From positions 1 through 64,000 of the IMG/VR virus record IMGVR_UViG_3300028864_000014: DNA of 64,000 nucleotides; one strand, 5' to 3'. The translations under genes were made by a program, and so were the position numbers. The notes beneath the pieces are model-generated. The model was given only the letters and a program-made list of their open reading frames with translations, was not told the origin of the DNA and ran no database searches. Shown in pieces: positions 26,086-36,160 of this stretch (its first letter is position 1; each line of letters begins with the position of its first letter).

Positions 26086-27240
26086 ATGACAAATAAAGAA
26101 AGATTATTATCATTATTTTCAGATGATGTAGAGTATAATTATCACATTGTACCTACAACTGAGCCAAATGGTAATCTGATTTATATGATTAGAAATGGAA
26201 AAGAATTAAATTTAGAAACATTAGAATTTTCTACATTAAAAATAGCAGAAGAATTAGTCAATCAATGCTCAGTTAAAATTGAAAAATTTGCACCATCAAT
26301 TTATTTTACTGATGAAAGTGATATAAATGAATTATCAGGCAAATTAGATATTAAAATGTCTAAAAATTCAGATTTTTCAATTTTCATTGATAGTATAAAA
26401 GATGAATATAGAATATTAGAAGTAACTGATTCACTTTTATATAAGAAAGATCCTGAAGCTTATCAAGAAGCTAAACAAAAAGAACATATTGTTCATCAGA
26501 AAGAGTTGTGGGATGAATACGCTAAGCAAATAGAGAGTAAAACTAAAAGCAGAGAAGATGCATTGAAAGTATATCAAAATGACTTAATTAATCTTTTAAA
26601 AGAGTATTTTGAAGGAGTAATAGAATACGAAAAACATGATTTTTTATTTGATATTGAATTTCAAAAAATAATTGGAAATTTAGTAAATCCTGAAACATGG
26701 ATAAAAATAAATGAAATACCATATGTTTGTAGGATTGATGTATTATCTATTGAAAAAGATAGAATTGAAGTATATTTAACAGATAATAATGATTATTCAT
26801 ATACTGCAACATTAAGATTTCAAGATACTATGATTGAAACTGAAAATGTAGTAAAAATTGAAAATGGTGATATCGTTCCAAACATATTACCAGATTATGA
26901 AATATTGTCAATATTATATGACATTAACTTAACATCAATAAAAGATTGGGAATTTAAGAATGAAACAGAAAAATTTGAATATGTAATTGACTATTTAGTT
27001 CCTATTTTTAAAGAAGCAAAAGAAGCAAAAACTAAAGAATTTTTAAAAACATTATCTGACTCTGAAAGTTCTGAAAATAAAGAAGAAGTAAATGAATTAT
27101 TAGAAAATCCACTTAATGCATTTAAATCAAATGATACGACAGAAGAACAATCTGATGATAGTAATAATGAGATAGAATCATTAACAACAAAAATAAATGA
27201 AGAAGATATTGACAATGATGAATATGAAAGTATTCTATAA
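26086..27240 (+). CDS. acidic hypothetical protein
   Basis: 384-aa ORF. Confidence 0.7.
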   Translation: MTNKERLLSLFSDDVEYNYHIVPTTEPNGNLIYMIRNGKELNLETLEFSTLKIAEELVNQCSVKIEKFAPSIYFTDESDINELSGKLDIKMSKNSDFSIFIDSIKDEYRILEVTDSLLYKKDPEAYQEAKQKEHIVHQKELWDEYAKQIESKTKSREDALKVYQNDLINLLKEYFEGVIEYEKHDFLFDIEFQKIIGNLVNPETWIKINEIPYVCRIDVLSIEKDRIEVYLTDNNDYSYTATLRFQDTMIETENVVKIENGDIVPNILPDYEILSILYDINLTSIKDWEFKNETEKFEYVIDYLVPIFKEAKEAKTKEFLKTLSDSESSENKEEVNELLENPLNAFKSNDTTEEQSDDSNNEIESLTTKINEEDIDNDEYESIL

Positions 27241-27353
27241 AAAAATACAATAATATTTTTTTATATCAATAATAAGTAGTATCTTTGCAGTGTATTAAAA
27301 ATATAAAATATCAATTAAACAAAACATTAATAAAACAGTAAATTGAATTAATT

Positions 27354-28625
27354 ATGTCAGAAAAAAACTTGAGTAAAGGTGTGACAATGACGTCAGCAAA
27401 AAGATTTCCAGAAGGCTACGAAGCTCTATCAGATAGAGAAAAAAAGTATTTTAAGATGATGAATTCCAAAAGTGGAGTTCTATTTATAACATCTGCTCCT
27501 GGATACGCGAAATCAGCAATCATGAGATCCATTGCTGGAAAAATTGGTTATCAATATTTTGATATTCGGTTATCAATGATTGATGAAACAGATGTTGGTT
27601 TATATCCATCATTAGATGAAGAAACAATTGATGGAGTATCTCAAAGGATGTTGGCTCACGTTGCACCTAAGTGGGCATATAAGGCTAATGACAAACCTAC
27701 AATTATTCACTTTGAAGAATTGAACCGTTCCACTCTTGCAGTACGAAATGCAGCTCTTCAAATTTTACTTGAAAGAGAAATTGGAGCATTTTTCGCATTC
27801 AATTCAAATGTTCTTATGTGTTCTTCTGGTAATCTTGGTGAAGAAGATGGTACAGATGTAGAAGAATTTGACCAAGCTCTGAACAATCGTTTAATTCACA
27901 TTGAACACACAATGCCATTTCCTGAATGGGTTGATCAATATGCTAATAAAAATGTAGCACCAGTAATCGTTCAATTTTTGAAAACTCACACTGAACATTA
28001 TTACAAGAAACCTGATCAAAGGAACACAACCAACAAAACGAGCAAAGCTTATGCAACTCCTCGTTCTTGGACATTTTTAAGTGATTACATTTTTGAAAAT
28101 CATGGTGAATGGATCGAAAAAACTGGTATTGATGGAACTACAATCAAAGACAGTGAAGGAAATGCAGTAATGATTAAGAAATTTCCAAATATCCGTACTT
28201 GGATCAGTGAAGTAAAAGAAATTGGACATGGTTATATTGGAGCATCAAACGCACCATTTATCAGATATTGTGAAGATACTCTTAAAATTACACTTGATGA
28301 TGTTCTTGATCGTTTTGACGACATTCTTGAAGATGTAAAAAACTTCAATCGTGATAAGAAATCTGAACTTCTTGCAAACATGAAGGAACGTAGTGTTTCA
28401 GTATTGAAACCTAAACAACTTGAAAATCTTGTTAAATTCCTTGGTACAATTTCAGATGATGAAGTTATTGGTTATTTACTTCATGTTCTTGATACTGAAT
28501 ATACATTATCTGAAGATTCTAAACCTAACAAAACTACTGAAAAGTTCTTAGCAGATAAGAGGTTTAATAAATTCAGAGACACTATCTTCAAACATGTTGA
28601 TGATGATGAAGATAACAAAAAATAA
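27354..28625 (+). CDS. MoxR-like AAA+ ATPase
   Basis: SAPGYAKS (Walker A variant), IHFEELNR (Walker B variant), ALNNRLIH, ATPRSW. Confidence 0.85.
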   Translation: MSEKNLSKGVTMTSAKRFPEGYEALSDREKKYFKMMNSKSGVLFITSAPGYAKSAIMRSIAGKIGYQYFDIRLSMIDETDVGLYPSLDEETIDGVSQRMLAHVAPKWAYKANDKPTIIHFEELNRSTLAVRNAALQILLEREIGAFFAFNSNVLMCSSGNLGEEDGTDVEEFDQALNNRLIHIEHTMPFPEWVDQYANKNVAPVIVQFLKTHTEHYYKKPDQRNTTNKTSKAYATPRSWTFLSDYIFENHGEWIEKTGIDGTTIKDSEGNAVMIKKFPNIRTWISEVKEIGHGYIGASNAPFIRYCEDTLKITLDDVLDRFDDILEDVKNFNRDKKSELLANMKERSVSVLKPKQLENLVKFLGTISDDEVIGYLLHVLDTEYTLSEDSKPNKTTEKFLADKRFNKFRDTIFKHVDDDEDNKK

Positions 28626-28648
28626 TAATAAACATTATTATTAAACAC

Positions 28649-28681
28649 AAAAAAGCTACTAATTTAATTAGTAGCTTTTTT
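28649..28681. terminator. bidirectional intrinsic terminator
   Basis: aaaaagctactaa-ttta-attagtagcttttt. Confidence 0.8.
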
Positions 28682-28687
28682 ATATCT

Positions 28688-29404
28688 TTATGATTTAGAA
28701 AACTCTAAAACACCCTCTTGATTTGTTTTTTCTGTATTACTTAAATCATCAAATGATTTGCATTTTATATGATCAACATAAATTGAATTATTAAAATAAT
28801 TATAAGTAATATCTTCTAACATATATTTATCTTTACACGATGTATAGTATTCATCCTGACTATTATACTTACAAAAAAAATATTTTAGTACATTCACTCT
28901 ACCAGAAAAAAATCCAGTACAATAAGCAGGAGTATCAAATCCTCTATCATAATACTCATAAAATATAGCATCAGTATGTAACTCAGAATCTAATATATTT
29001 TCGTTATCGATTAACTCTTCATTGCTTATTTGATAATCATAATTTATAATATGAACATTTTCATAACCTCTATCTTTAGCAAATCTCATTCCATTATTAA
29101 TTAGAGTATATGCTGCAAAACCATGTTCATAATCGAATAACTTATAGATTCTCTCTCCATTATCATCCAAACACCAGTAATAATAAGTAATATTATACTT
29201 ACCATAATCTTCTTTATACAATAATGGATTATTACTATCATATAAAGAATATTTACACATTAGTTGAATATCAGAATCAATTGGATAATTAGATGATATA
29301 AGAACATCATAATCAATAGATTCTACACATTTTTTAAGAAGTTCCTTTCTAAATATTGTATCAGCATGAGAAAGAACAATTGCTAATGTTTTATTATTTT
29401 TCAT
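28688..29404 (-). CDS. hypothetical protein (possibly glycosyltransferase-associated)
   Basis: 238-aa ORF, HIINYD motif; family not firmly recognised. Confidence 0.55.
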   Translation of the reverse strand: MKNNKTLAIVLSHADTIFRKELLKKCVESIDYDVLISSNYPIDSDIQLMCKYSLYDSNNPLLYKEDYGKYNITYYYWCLDDNGERIYKLFDYEHGFAAYTLINNGMRFAKDRGYENVHIINYDYQISNEELIDNENILDSELHTDAIFYEYYDRGFDTPAYCTGFFSGRVNVLKYFFCKYNSQDEYYTSCKDKYMLEDITYNYFNNSIYVDHIKCKSFDDLSNTEKTNQEGVLEFSKS

Positions 29405-29494
29405 TTTTATTATTTTATTTTATTATCAAATTTTAAAAATAACTTCACACAAATATTATTTATGTGAAGTTATTCTTAACTATTTGATTATCAA

Positions 29495-32053
29495 CTATTC
29501 ACATTTTGACCATCCACAAGCCTTACATGTTTTGCAACCATTTTCATATACTAAATCATCTCCTGTTGCTCCACAATTAGGACATTTTTCTCCAATAATT
29601 GCAGAATTGATATATTTCTTAATAATTCTTTTTACTCCACTCTTCCATGTTCCAAATGCAGCATTATCTGTCATTTCTAATGTATCAATAAGGTGAATGA
29701 CACTTGGTAAGTGAATTCTATGTCTCAAGAAAGCAGATAATAATTTACTTGTATTCCATAATTCTCTATTAAATGCTCTGTTCAAGCCTTCCATAGTTAC
29801 ATTATATCCATCTTTATCTTTATAAACAAAGTCATATCTACTTTTACCTTCTTCACCATTTTTTGACTCTAATTTAATTCTAACAATCTCTCCTTTTTCG
29901 ACACTAATAGGAATAAGAAATGCTTCAGCTACACCAGTAAATAATTCGTATGGATATTTTTCACTTTTATCATCTACGTCCAATCCTAAGAATCCAATCC
30001 ATTTTTCACCTTTATTTGTGAATCTAACAACATCGCATTCTAATTTTTTTGGACGTTTTCTTGCATTATTTTCTCCGGATTCTGATACTACATTTTTAGT
30101 AGTACCTTCATTTGACATAATAACACCTTCTCTTGATCCATCACGATAAACTGTGATACCTTTACAGCCACTTCTCCATCCTGTTTCATAAACTTTTGAT
30201 ACAATTTCTTCTGTTACATTATTTGGTAGATTAACTGTAACTGAAATAGAATGATCAACAAATTTCTGAATACTACCTTGCATCTTAACTTTTTCAACCC
30301 AATTTACATCATTAGCTGTTGCTTTATTGTATGGAGATTTTTCAATAATTGGTTTCAACTCTGAATCTTTCATCAATTTAACTTTTGCTACATCGTAACC
30401 ATTAATTTCCAGCCACACTTCAAATTTCTTATGAAATACATAATATTCTTCCCATTTTTGTCCTTCTGCATCAATAAAGTCTACACTAGCATTTTTATCA
30501 CTTGGGTTTATCTTCCTTCTTCTCTTATATGACACTTTATATGCTGGCTCTATACCTGATGTAGTTTGAGTCAAGATTGAAACTGAGCCTGTTGGTGCAA
30601 TCGTGAGCAGTGCGATATTTCTTCTACCATATTCTTTAAGCATTGAATCTAATTCAGGATCAACATCTTTCAATCTTTGAATGAATGGATTATTAATCTC
30701 ACTATCATAATCGTAGATTGGAAAAGCCCCTCTTTCTTTTGCCATTATAGAAGATGATTTATATGCTCCTATAGCTAATTTTTTATGAACTTCTGTTGAA
30801 AAATCTGTTGCATCTGATGTACCATAAATCAATCCAAGTGCAGCTAGCATATCTCCTTCTGCTGTCACTCCTAATCCTGTTCTACGACCTTTAATAGTCA
30901 TATTTTGAATTTTAATCCAAGTTTCTCTTTCTACTCTTTTAGTATGATCAGTTTCTGGATCAATTTCAATTTTTTCTAAAATTTTATCAATTTTTTCTAG
31001 TTCCAAATCAACAATATCATCCATAAATCTTTCTGCATAAATGGTATGTTCGTTAAATAAATCCCAATCAAAATATGCTTCTGGAGTAAAAGGATTTACC
31101 ACATAACTATATAGATTAATAGCAAGTAATCTACAACTATCATATGGACACAAAGTTATTTCTCCACAAGGATTTGTTGAAACTGTTTTAAATCCATGTT
31201 GTTGATAACAATCTGGAACAGATTCTCTCATAACAGTATCCCAGAATAAAATACCAGGTTCTGCTGATTTCCATGCATTGTGAATAATTTTCTTCCAAAG
31301 TTTATTTGCATCTATTTGTTTTGTAATTATTGGATTTTTTGAATCAATTGGAAACAATTGAGTAAACATACCAGAATTTATTGATGCTGTCATAAATTCA
31401 TCTGTCAATTTAATTGATATATTTGCTCCAGTAACTTTTCCTTGTTCCAATTTAGCATCTATAAATGCTTCTGAATCAGGATGAAGAACAGAACACGATA
31501 ACATCAATGCACCTCGTCTTCCTCCTTGTGCAACTTCATTTGTGGAATTTGAATATCTACTCATAAATGGAACCAGTCCAGTAGAAGTCAAAGCGGAATT
31601 TTTTACTGGCATTCCTGCTGGCCTAATATGAGAAAGATCATGTCCAACTCCTCCACGTCTTTTCATTAATTGTATTTGTTCTTCATCAACTTGCATAATT
31701 GATCCGTAAGAATCAGCAGGATTTCCAATAACAAAGCAATTTGATATCGACACAACTTGATTATCATTACCAATTCCTGACATTGGAGAACCTTGTGGTA
31801 TAATATATTTAAAATCTTTTATTAAATCAAATATAAAATCTTCAGATAATGGATTTTTATATTTTAGTTCTATTCTATGTAACTCTTTTGAGAGTCTTCT
31901 GTGCATATCATCAGGTGTCAATTCATAATAAACAGTATCATTATCAACTGTATCTTTTAACGCATACTTATTTACCCAAACATCAGAGGCTAATGTATCA
32001 CCTTTGAAATATTTTAATGATGCATCAAATGCGTCTTCCCTTTTAAAATTCAT
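29495..32053 (-). CDS. nrdJ: Adenosylcobalamin-dependent (class II) ribonucleotide reductase
   Basis: PQGSPM, SNCFV, RRGGVG, TNPCGEI, CRLLAINL, TIAPTGS; C-terminal zinc ribbon; no ATP cone. Confidence 0.9.
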   Translation of the reverse strand: MNFKREDAFDASLKYFKGDTLASDVWVNKYALKDTVDNDTVYYELTPDDMHRRLSKELHRIELKYKNPLSEDFIFDLIKDFKYIIPQGSPMSGIGNDNQVVSISNCFVIGNPADSYGSIMQVDEEQIQLMKRRGGVGHDLSHIRPAGMPVKNSALTSTGLVPFMSRYSNSTNEVAQGGRRGALMLSCSVLHPDSEAFIDAKLEQGKVTGANISIKLTDEFMTASINSGMFTQLFPIDSKNPIITKQIDANKLWKKIIHNAWKSAEPGILFWDTVMRESVPDCYQQHGFKTVSTNPCGEITLCPYDSCRLLAINLYSYVVNPFTPEAYFDWDLFNEHTIYAERFMDDIVDLELEKIDKILEKIEIDPETDHTKRVERETWIKIQNMTIKGRRTGLGVTAEGDMLAALGLIYGTSDATDFSTEVHKKLAIGAYKSSSIMAKERGAFPIYDYDSEINNPFIQRLKDVDPELDSMLKEYGRRNIALLTIAPTGSVSILTQTTSGIEPAYKVSYKRRRKINPSDKNASVDFIDAEGQKWEEYYVFHKKFEVWLEINGYDVAKVKLMKDSELKPIIEKSPYNKATANDVNWVEKVKMQGSIQKFVDHSISVTVNLPNNVTEEIVSKVYETGWRSGCKGITVYRDGSREGVIMSNEGTTKNVVSESGENNARKRPKKLECDVVRFTNKGEKWIGFLGLDVDDKSEKYPYELFTGVAEAFLIPISVEKGEIVRIKLESKNGEEGKSRYDFVYKDKDGYNVTMEGLNRAFNRELWNTSKLLSAFLRHRIHLPSVIHLIDTLEMTDNAAFGTWKSGVKRIIKKYINSAIIGEKCPNCGATGDDLVYENGCKTCKACGWSKCE

Positions 32054-32076
32054 GTTATTTCTATTTTTTGTTTTTA

Positions 32077-32784
32077 TTATATAAAATTTATATTATTTAG
32101 GCTTGTTAAATACCCACGTTGTTTTAGTTCTACTATTATGTGTGTTGCATATTCTTTGTCTAACAACTTAAACATGTTAAATATATTATCAGTGAAATAA
32201 TAAGATAATTCAACGAATATTTCAGACTTACTATATTCTTTTCCGATATTATTCAATAACATTCTATAATAGTCATTAAATGCCTGTTTGTTTGGTTTTC
32301 TTCTATTTGAGGAAAAATCTAAATCTGTTTTATCACTTAGCAAATCATAAATATCTCTTTGAAGATTTAATCTATCTATGTAATCTTCATAGTGTTTACT
32401 TTCAAATTCATAAGATGATCCTGCTTCTATTGGCAATCCATCATTCAGATTAAAATCTTCTTGCTGATTAATATTATAATCATATTCTTGCTGATCACCA
32501 CTATCTTCTACTTTACCTTTAAATATAGTATCTCTTGATAACGCATGTTTACCTTCAAGTTTATGATTATTAGTATTAAATTTAACCATAATATCTATTT
32601 CATCTTCTTCATCTTCTTCTTCTTCTTCAATAGATGTATCATCAGTAACTGAACTATCATCATCTGACGAAATATCTAAATTTTCATCTAATAGATTCAG
32701 ATCATCTTCTAGTTCTTCTATTTCTTCTGATTCATTATTTAAATCATCATTTAAATAATCATCAATTTCTTCATTATTTTTCAT
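32077..32784 (-). CDS. acidic hypothetical protein
   Basis: D/E-rich N-terminus; co-linear with the replication genes. Confidence 0.7.
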   Translation of the reverse strand: MKNNEEIDDYLNDDLNNESEEIEELEDDLNLLDENLDISSDDDSSVTDDTSIEEEEEDEEDEIDIMVKFNTNNHKLEGKHALSRDTIFKGKVEDSGDQQEYDYNINQQEDFNLNDGLPIEAGSSYEFESKHYEDYIDRLNLQRDIYDLLSDKTDLDFSSNRRKPNKQAFNDYYRMLLNNIGKEYSKSEIFVELSYYFTDNIFNMFKLLDKEYATHIIVELKQRGYLTSLNNINFI

Positions 32785-32805
32785 TTATTATTAATATTAT
32801 TAGTT

Positions 32806-34146
32806 TTATTTAACTCCGATTAAAGCATCATTTTCCATAGTTAAAAAATTTGTATTAAAATCAAATCTTACTTGTTCTTCATGATGTTCTCCATCTCTCA
32901 ATTTTAATATTTTAAGCCTATAAATATTATTTCTTTTCATTTCTGGATTCCTAATAATACCCCAAACAGAATCAGCGGTATCTGCAATTGCCTTACTTTC
33001 AGGAATAGCAGCAAGATTAATATCTGATGCACCCCAAACACTTTTATCTGTTTGAGTTGCTGTTATAACTGCACATTCATATTTATCAGCAATTCGTCTT
33101 AATCCTTCAGCTAAATGTTTACCTTTTAAATATAACATATTTGAGATATCAAATCCTTTTTCAATTGACATAATATTTATATAATCTACAATTACCATCC
33201 CAACTTTAATTCTTTTAACTTCTTCAAATTTTTTAATATAATTGTCAATATCAGTAACAGTACAATCACTAGTATTATATTTTTTTACATATATTTTACC
33301 AGGTTGTGAATCAAATAATCCACCAACTGTTGATTGTGATTTGATATTGTTCAATTTGTGCTTCATATAAGTTGAATCTTTTGATTTCTCATCATATTCA
33401 TCTACATTTATTTTAAGCCTCATTGAACCTAACCTTTTCATTACTTTCCTTGTTGCCATTTCTAATGTAATAAGTAGAACATTAGCTCCAGCATTTGCTG
33501 CGTTAGTTGCTATATTATGTAGCCACATTGATTTTCCAACATTGGTTTCTCCCATTATAACATTAAATGTAGATTTACTCCATCCTCCACCTAATATATT
33601 ATCTATACTTGGCCAACCTGATGGAATACAATTCTTTGAAATCATTTGTTTATGAGATTCAGGATCATCAAAATCTGAACCTAAATCATTATCATCATCA
33701 TCTACCATAAGTACATTTGAAAACATGCCTTTCATTTTTTGAGCTATTTCAAGAGCATTATCATAATTAACTTCTTCAATTCCTCTAACCATATCAATAC
33801 TTTTTAGTACGTCACCTTTTAATTGGTTTTGAATTTTCCATCCTTTAAACATAGGAAGTAACCATTCAGGACTGAAATCACTGTTATCAGATTGAAGAAG
33901 TAATTTTATAACTTTATCATTTATTTTGTTATCAGAATCAGCAAGTTTAACCATTGAATAAATTTGTTGAGAACTTGGTACAGTATGACTTTCACTTTTA
34001 ATATATTCTTCTCTTATTACAGTGTAAATAAATTGTATATCAGAATTTCTAAAGAAAAAAGGATCTACTTTGGAAAATTGGTCAGGATTGTCCAATATGT
34101 GAACAAAGTAATGTTTTTCCATGTTTGTGTTTGTTGTATCTGCCAT
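32806..34146 (-). CDS. gp41: Replicative DnaB-like helicase, T4 gp41-like
   Basis: GETNVGKS, VIVDYINIM, TATQT, ESKAIADTAD, LKLRDG. Confidence 0.93.
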   Translation of the reverse strand: MADTTNTNMEKHYFVHILDNPDQFSKVDPFFFRNSDIQFIYTVIREEYIKSESHTVPSSQQIYSMVKLADSDNKINDKVIKLLLQSDNSDFSPEWLLPMFKGWKIQNQLKGDVLKSIDMVRGIEEVNYDNALEIAQKMKGMFSNVLMVDDDDNDLGSDFDDPESHKQMISKNCIPSGWPSIDNILGGGWSKSTFNVIMGETNVGKSMWLHNIATNAANAGANVLLITLEMATRKVMKRLGSMRLKINVDEYDEKSKDSTYMKHKLNNIKSQSTVGGLFDSQPGKIYVKKYNTSDCTVTDIDNYIKKFEEVKRIKVGMVIVDYINIMSIEKGFDISNMLYLKGKHLAEGLRRIADKYECAVITATQTDKSVWGASDINLAAIPESKAIADTADSVWGIIRNPEMKRNNIYRLKILKLRDGEHHEEQVRFDFNTNFLTMENDALIGVK

Positions 34147-34213
34147 ATAAAAGTATTATATAAAAATTGTATTATTGTTTATTTATTATCTATTATTTAA
34201 TTATTATTTGTAT

Positions 34214-35458
34214 TTAAACAAATAATTTATCATCAGAATCAAGATCAAATTCTTCTGAAGTTAGCATATCTTTATCTTCAATTTCATTCAATCTTTCATC
34301 AATTTCTTCTAATTCTTTCATACATTCTTCATATGAAGGATATTTGAAATAATCAAAAATAATTGGATCCATTTTTTCTAATACTTCTTGAGTAAATACT
34401 TTTCTATTGAATAATTGTGTTGCGGCAACTGATTTATCCAAATGTTTAACATACCATCTATTTGTTGGCTGATAAGTTATTTCGCCTGTTTCTTTATTTA
34501 ATACTGGTTTAACTTTTGCTATACCAATCTTACTGAAATTTTCAGGAGTACAAAACAAATCCAATCCTTTAAATGGATTAATACCTTTTGTGTGATCAAT
34601 TTCAAATTTAACCTTTTTTGGTTTAGCCAATCTATTTTTTCCGGCTTTTGCTGTAATCACAGAGCCAGAACGACCAAGATCCATCTCATCTTCTTCACCA
34701 GTTTTCAACTTTGCATCACTTAAAAATACAATACTACTAGCAGCATAATATAAACCTTCTCCACCTGACATGATTGTTTGAGGAAACATATCTTGAGTTA
34801 AATAAACGTGATTAGTTGCTACCAATGGAATTCCTAAAAAACCTAAATCATTTGTGATAAGTCTAACAAGAGATTTGATTTGTTTTGCACGTGTCATATC
34901 TTGTTTAATATCTAATTTAAGAGTATCAGCTTTTTCTTTTTCTGAAGATAACATACCAATTGAATCTAAAAAGAAAATTGTTTTTGAAACATCCATTCCT
35001 TTTTCCTTAAGTTTTGTCATATCATCTAACATTGATGTCATAAACATTTTGATTTTTTCAACAATATTAGTTCTAATTAACATAAATTTATTTGAATCAG
35101 ATGTATCAATACCATACATATCGAAATCAGATTTTTCAATAGAAAACTCAGTATCAATCCATACAATATTATATCCTATTTTTTGCGCATTTCTAGCAAT
35201 GTTAAGAGAAAGAAAAGATTTACCTGTTTGCTTTGGTCCAGCCAAAAGAGTTATTCTATTATTAGATATTCCACCATGTAAAATACTTTTAGATAAAAGA
35301 GCATCTAAAATATAAACACCAGTTGAAATAAAACTTTTTTCCTTTTCAAAATCCTCAATTGATATAATCTCTTTTTTTGACATAGTATCTATCAATCCAG
35401 AAATGTTAGAAAAATTAAAACTATTTTTTTGTGAAGTTTGTGTGGTTTTTTTTGCCAT
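34214..35458 (-). CDS. uvsX: RecA-like recombinase UvsX
   Basis: ISTGVYILDALL, GPKQTGKS, DTEF, FLDSIGML, TNHVY, SGGEG. Confidence 0.93.
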   Translation of the reverse strand: MAKKTTQTSQKNSFNFSNISGLIDTMSKKEIISIEDFEKEKSFISTGVYILDALLSKSILHGGISNNRITLLAGPKQTGKSFLSLNIARNAQKIGYNIVWIDTEFSIEKSDFDMYGIDTSDSNKFMLIRTNIVEKIKMFMTSMLDDMTKLKEKGMDVSKTIFFLDSIGMLSSEKEKADTLKLDIKQDMTRAKQIKSLVRLITNDLGFLGIPLVATNHVYLTQDMFPQTIMSGGEGLYYAASSIVFLSDAKLKTGEEDEMDLGRSGSVITAKAGKNRLAKPKKVKFEIDHTKGINPFKGLDLFCTPENFSKIGIAKVKPVLNKETGEITYQPTNRWYVKHLDKSVAATQLFNRKVFTQEVLEKMDPIIFDYFKYPSYEECMKELEEIDERLNEIEDKDMLTSEEFDLDSDDKLFV

Positions 35459-35709
35459 CTTTAATTTAATTATTTTTTATTATAACAATCAGATATTATA
35501 TGAAACAGTACATAAAAAGTTTTCATAATATTATTAGTTTCACAAATAAGATTGATATAATTACATACGTTGTATAATTAGTTTAAATACTAATATATGT
35601 ATTAATTTTATACACAAAATCGACAAAAGTTTTAAATATATTAGTATATTATTTTTGAATCGAACCTATTCAAAAATATATATAATTCAAAATTAATATT
35701 ATAAGATTT

Positions 35710-36111
35710 ATGGAATTCTACATAGTGTTCGTGAAAAACCGAAAAAAACTTGATAAATATATAAAAATAAATAAAATTCGTAACAAAACTATAATAGATA
35801 TCAGACAACAATTGGATGATCATGGTTTAGAGGATGTAAACGAATGGAAAGAATATTTTAATCTTATAATTTATACTAAGATATCTCAAACAATAAGAAA
35901 AAATAAAGATGTATATTATATACCAAATTTACACAAAATTAATACATTAGAAATTGATGATATATTTCAAATAAAAGAAAATTTAATAGGAAAAATAAAT
36001 TTTAACTTATTATTTTTTTATGAAGATTTCAAAGACAATCAAAAACTATTTGATGATTTACTATCAAGCATTTCTTTATTTGACTCAATTCAAATAATTA
36101 GAGATTATTAA
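35710..36111 (+). CDS. hypothetical protein
   Basis: 133-aa ORF. Confidence 0.65.
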   Translation: MEFYIVFVKNRKKLDKYIKINKIRNKTIIDIRQQLDDHGLEDVNEWKEYFNLIIYTKISQTIRKNKDVYYIPNLHKINTLEIDDIFQIKENLIGKINFNLLFFYEDFKDNQKLFDDLLSSISLFDSIQIIRDY

Positions 36112-36160
36112 TATTCAGCAGAAGTTTTTTTTATATATAAGATAAATTATATAAATAAAA

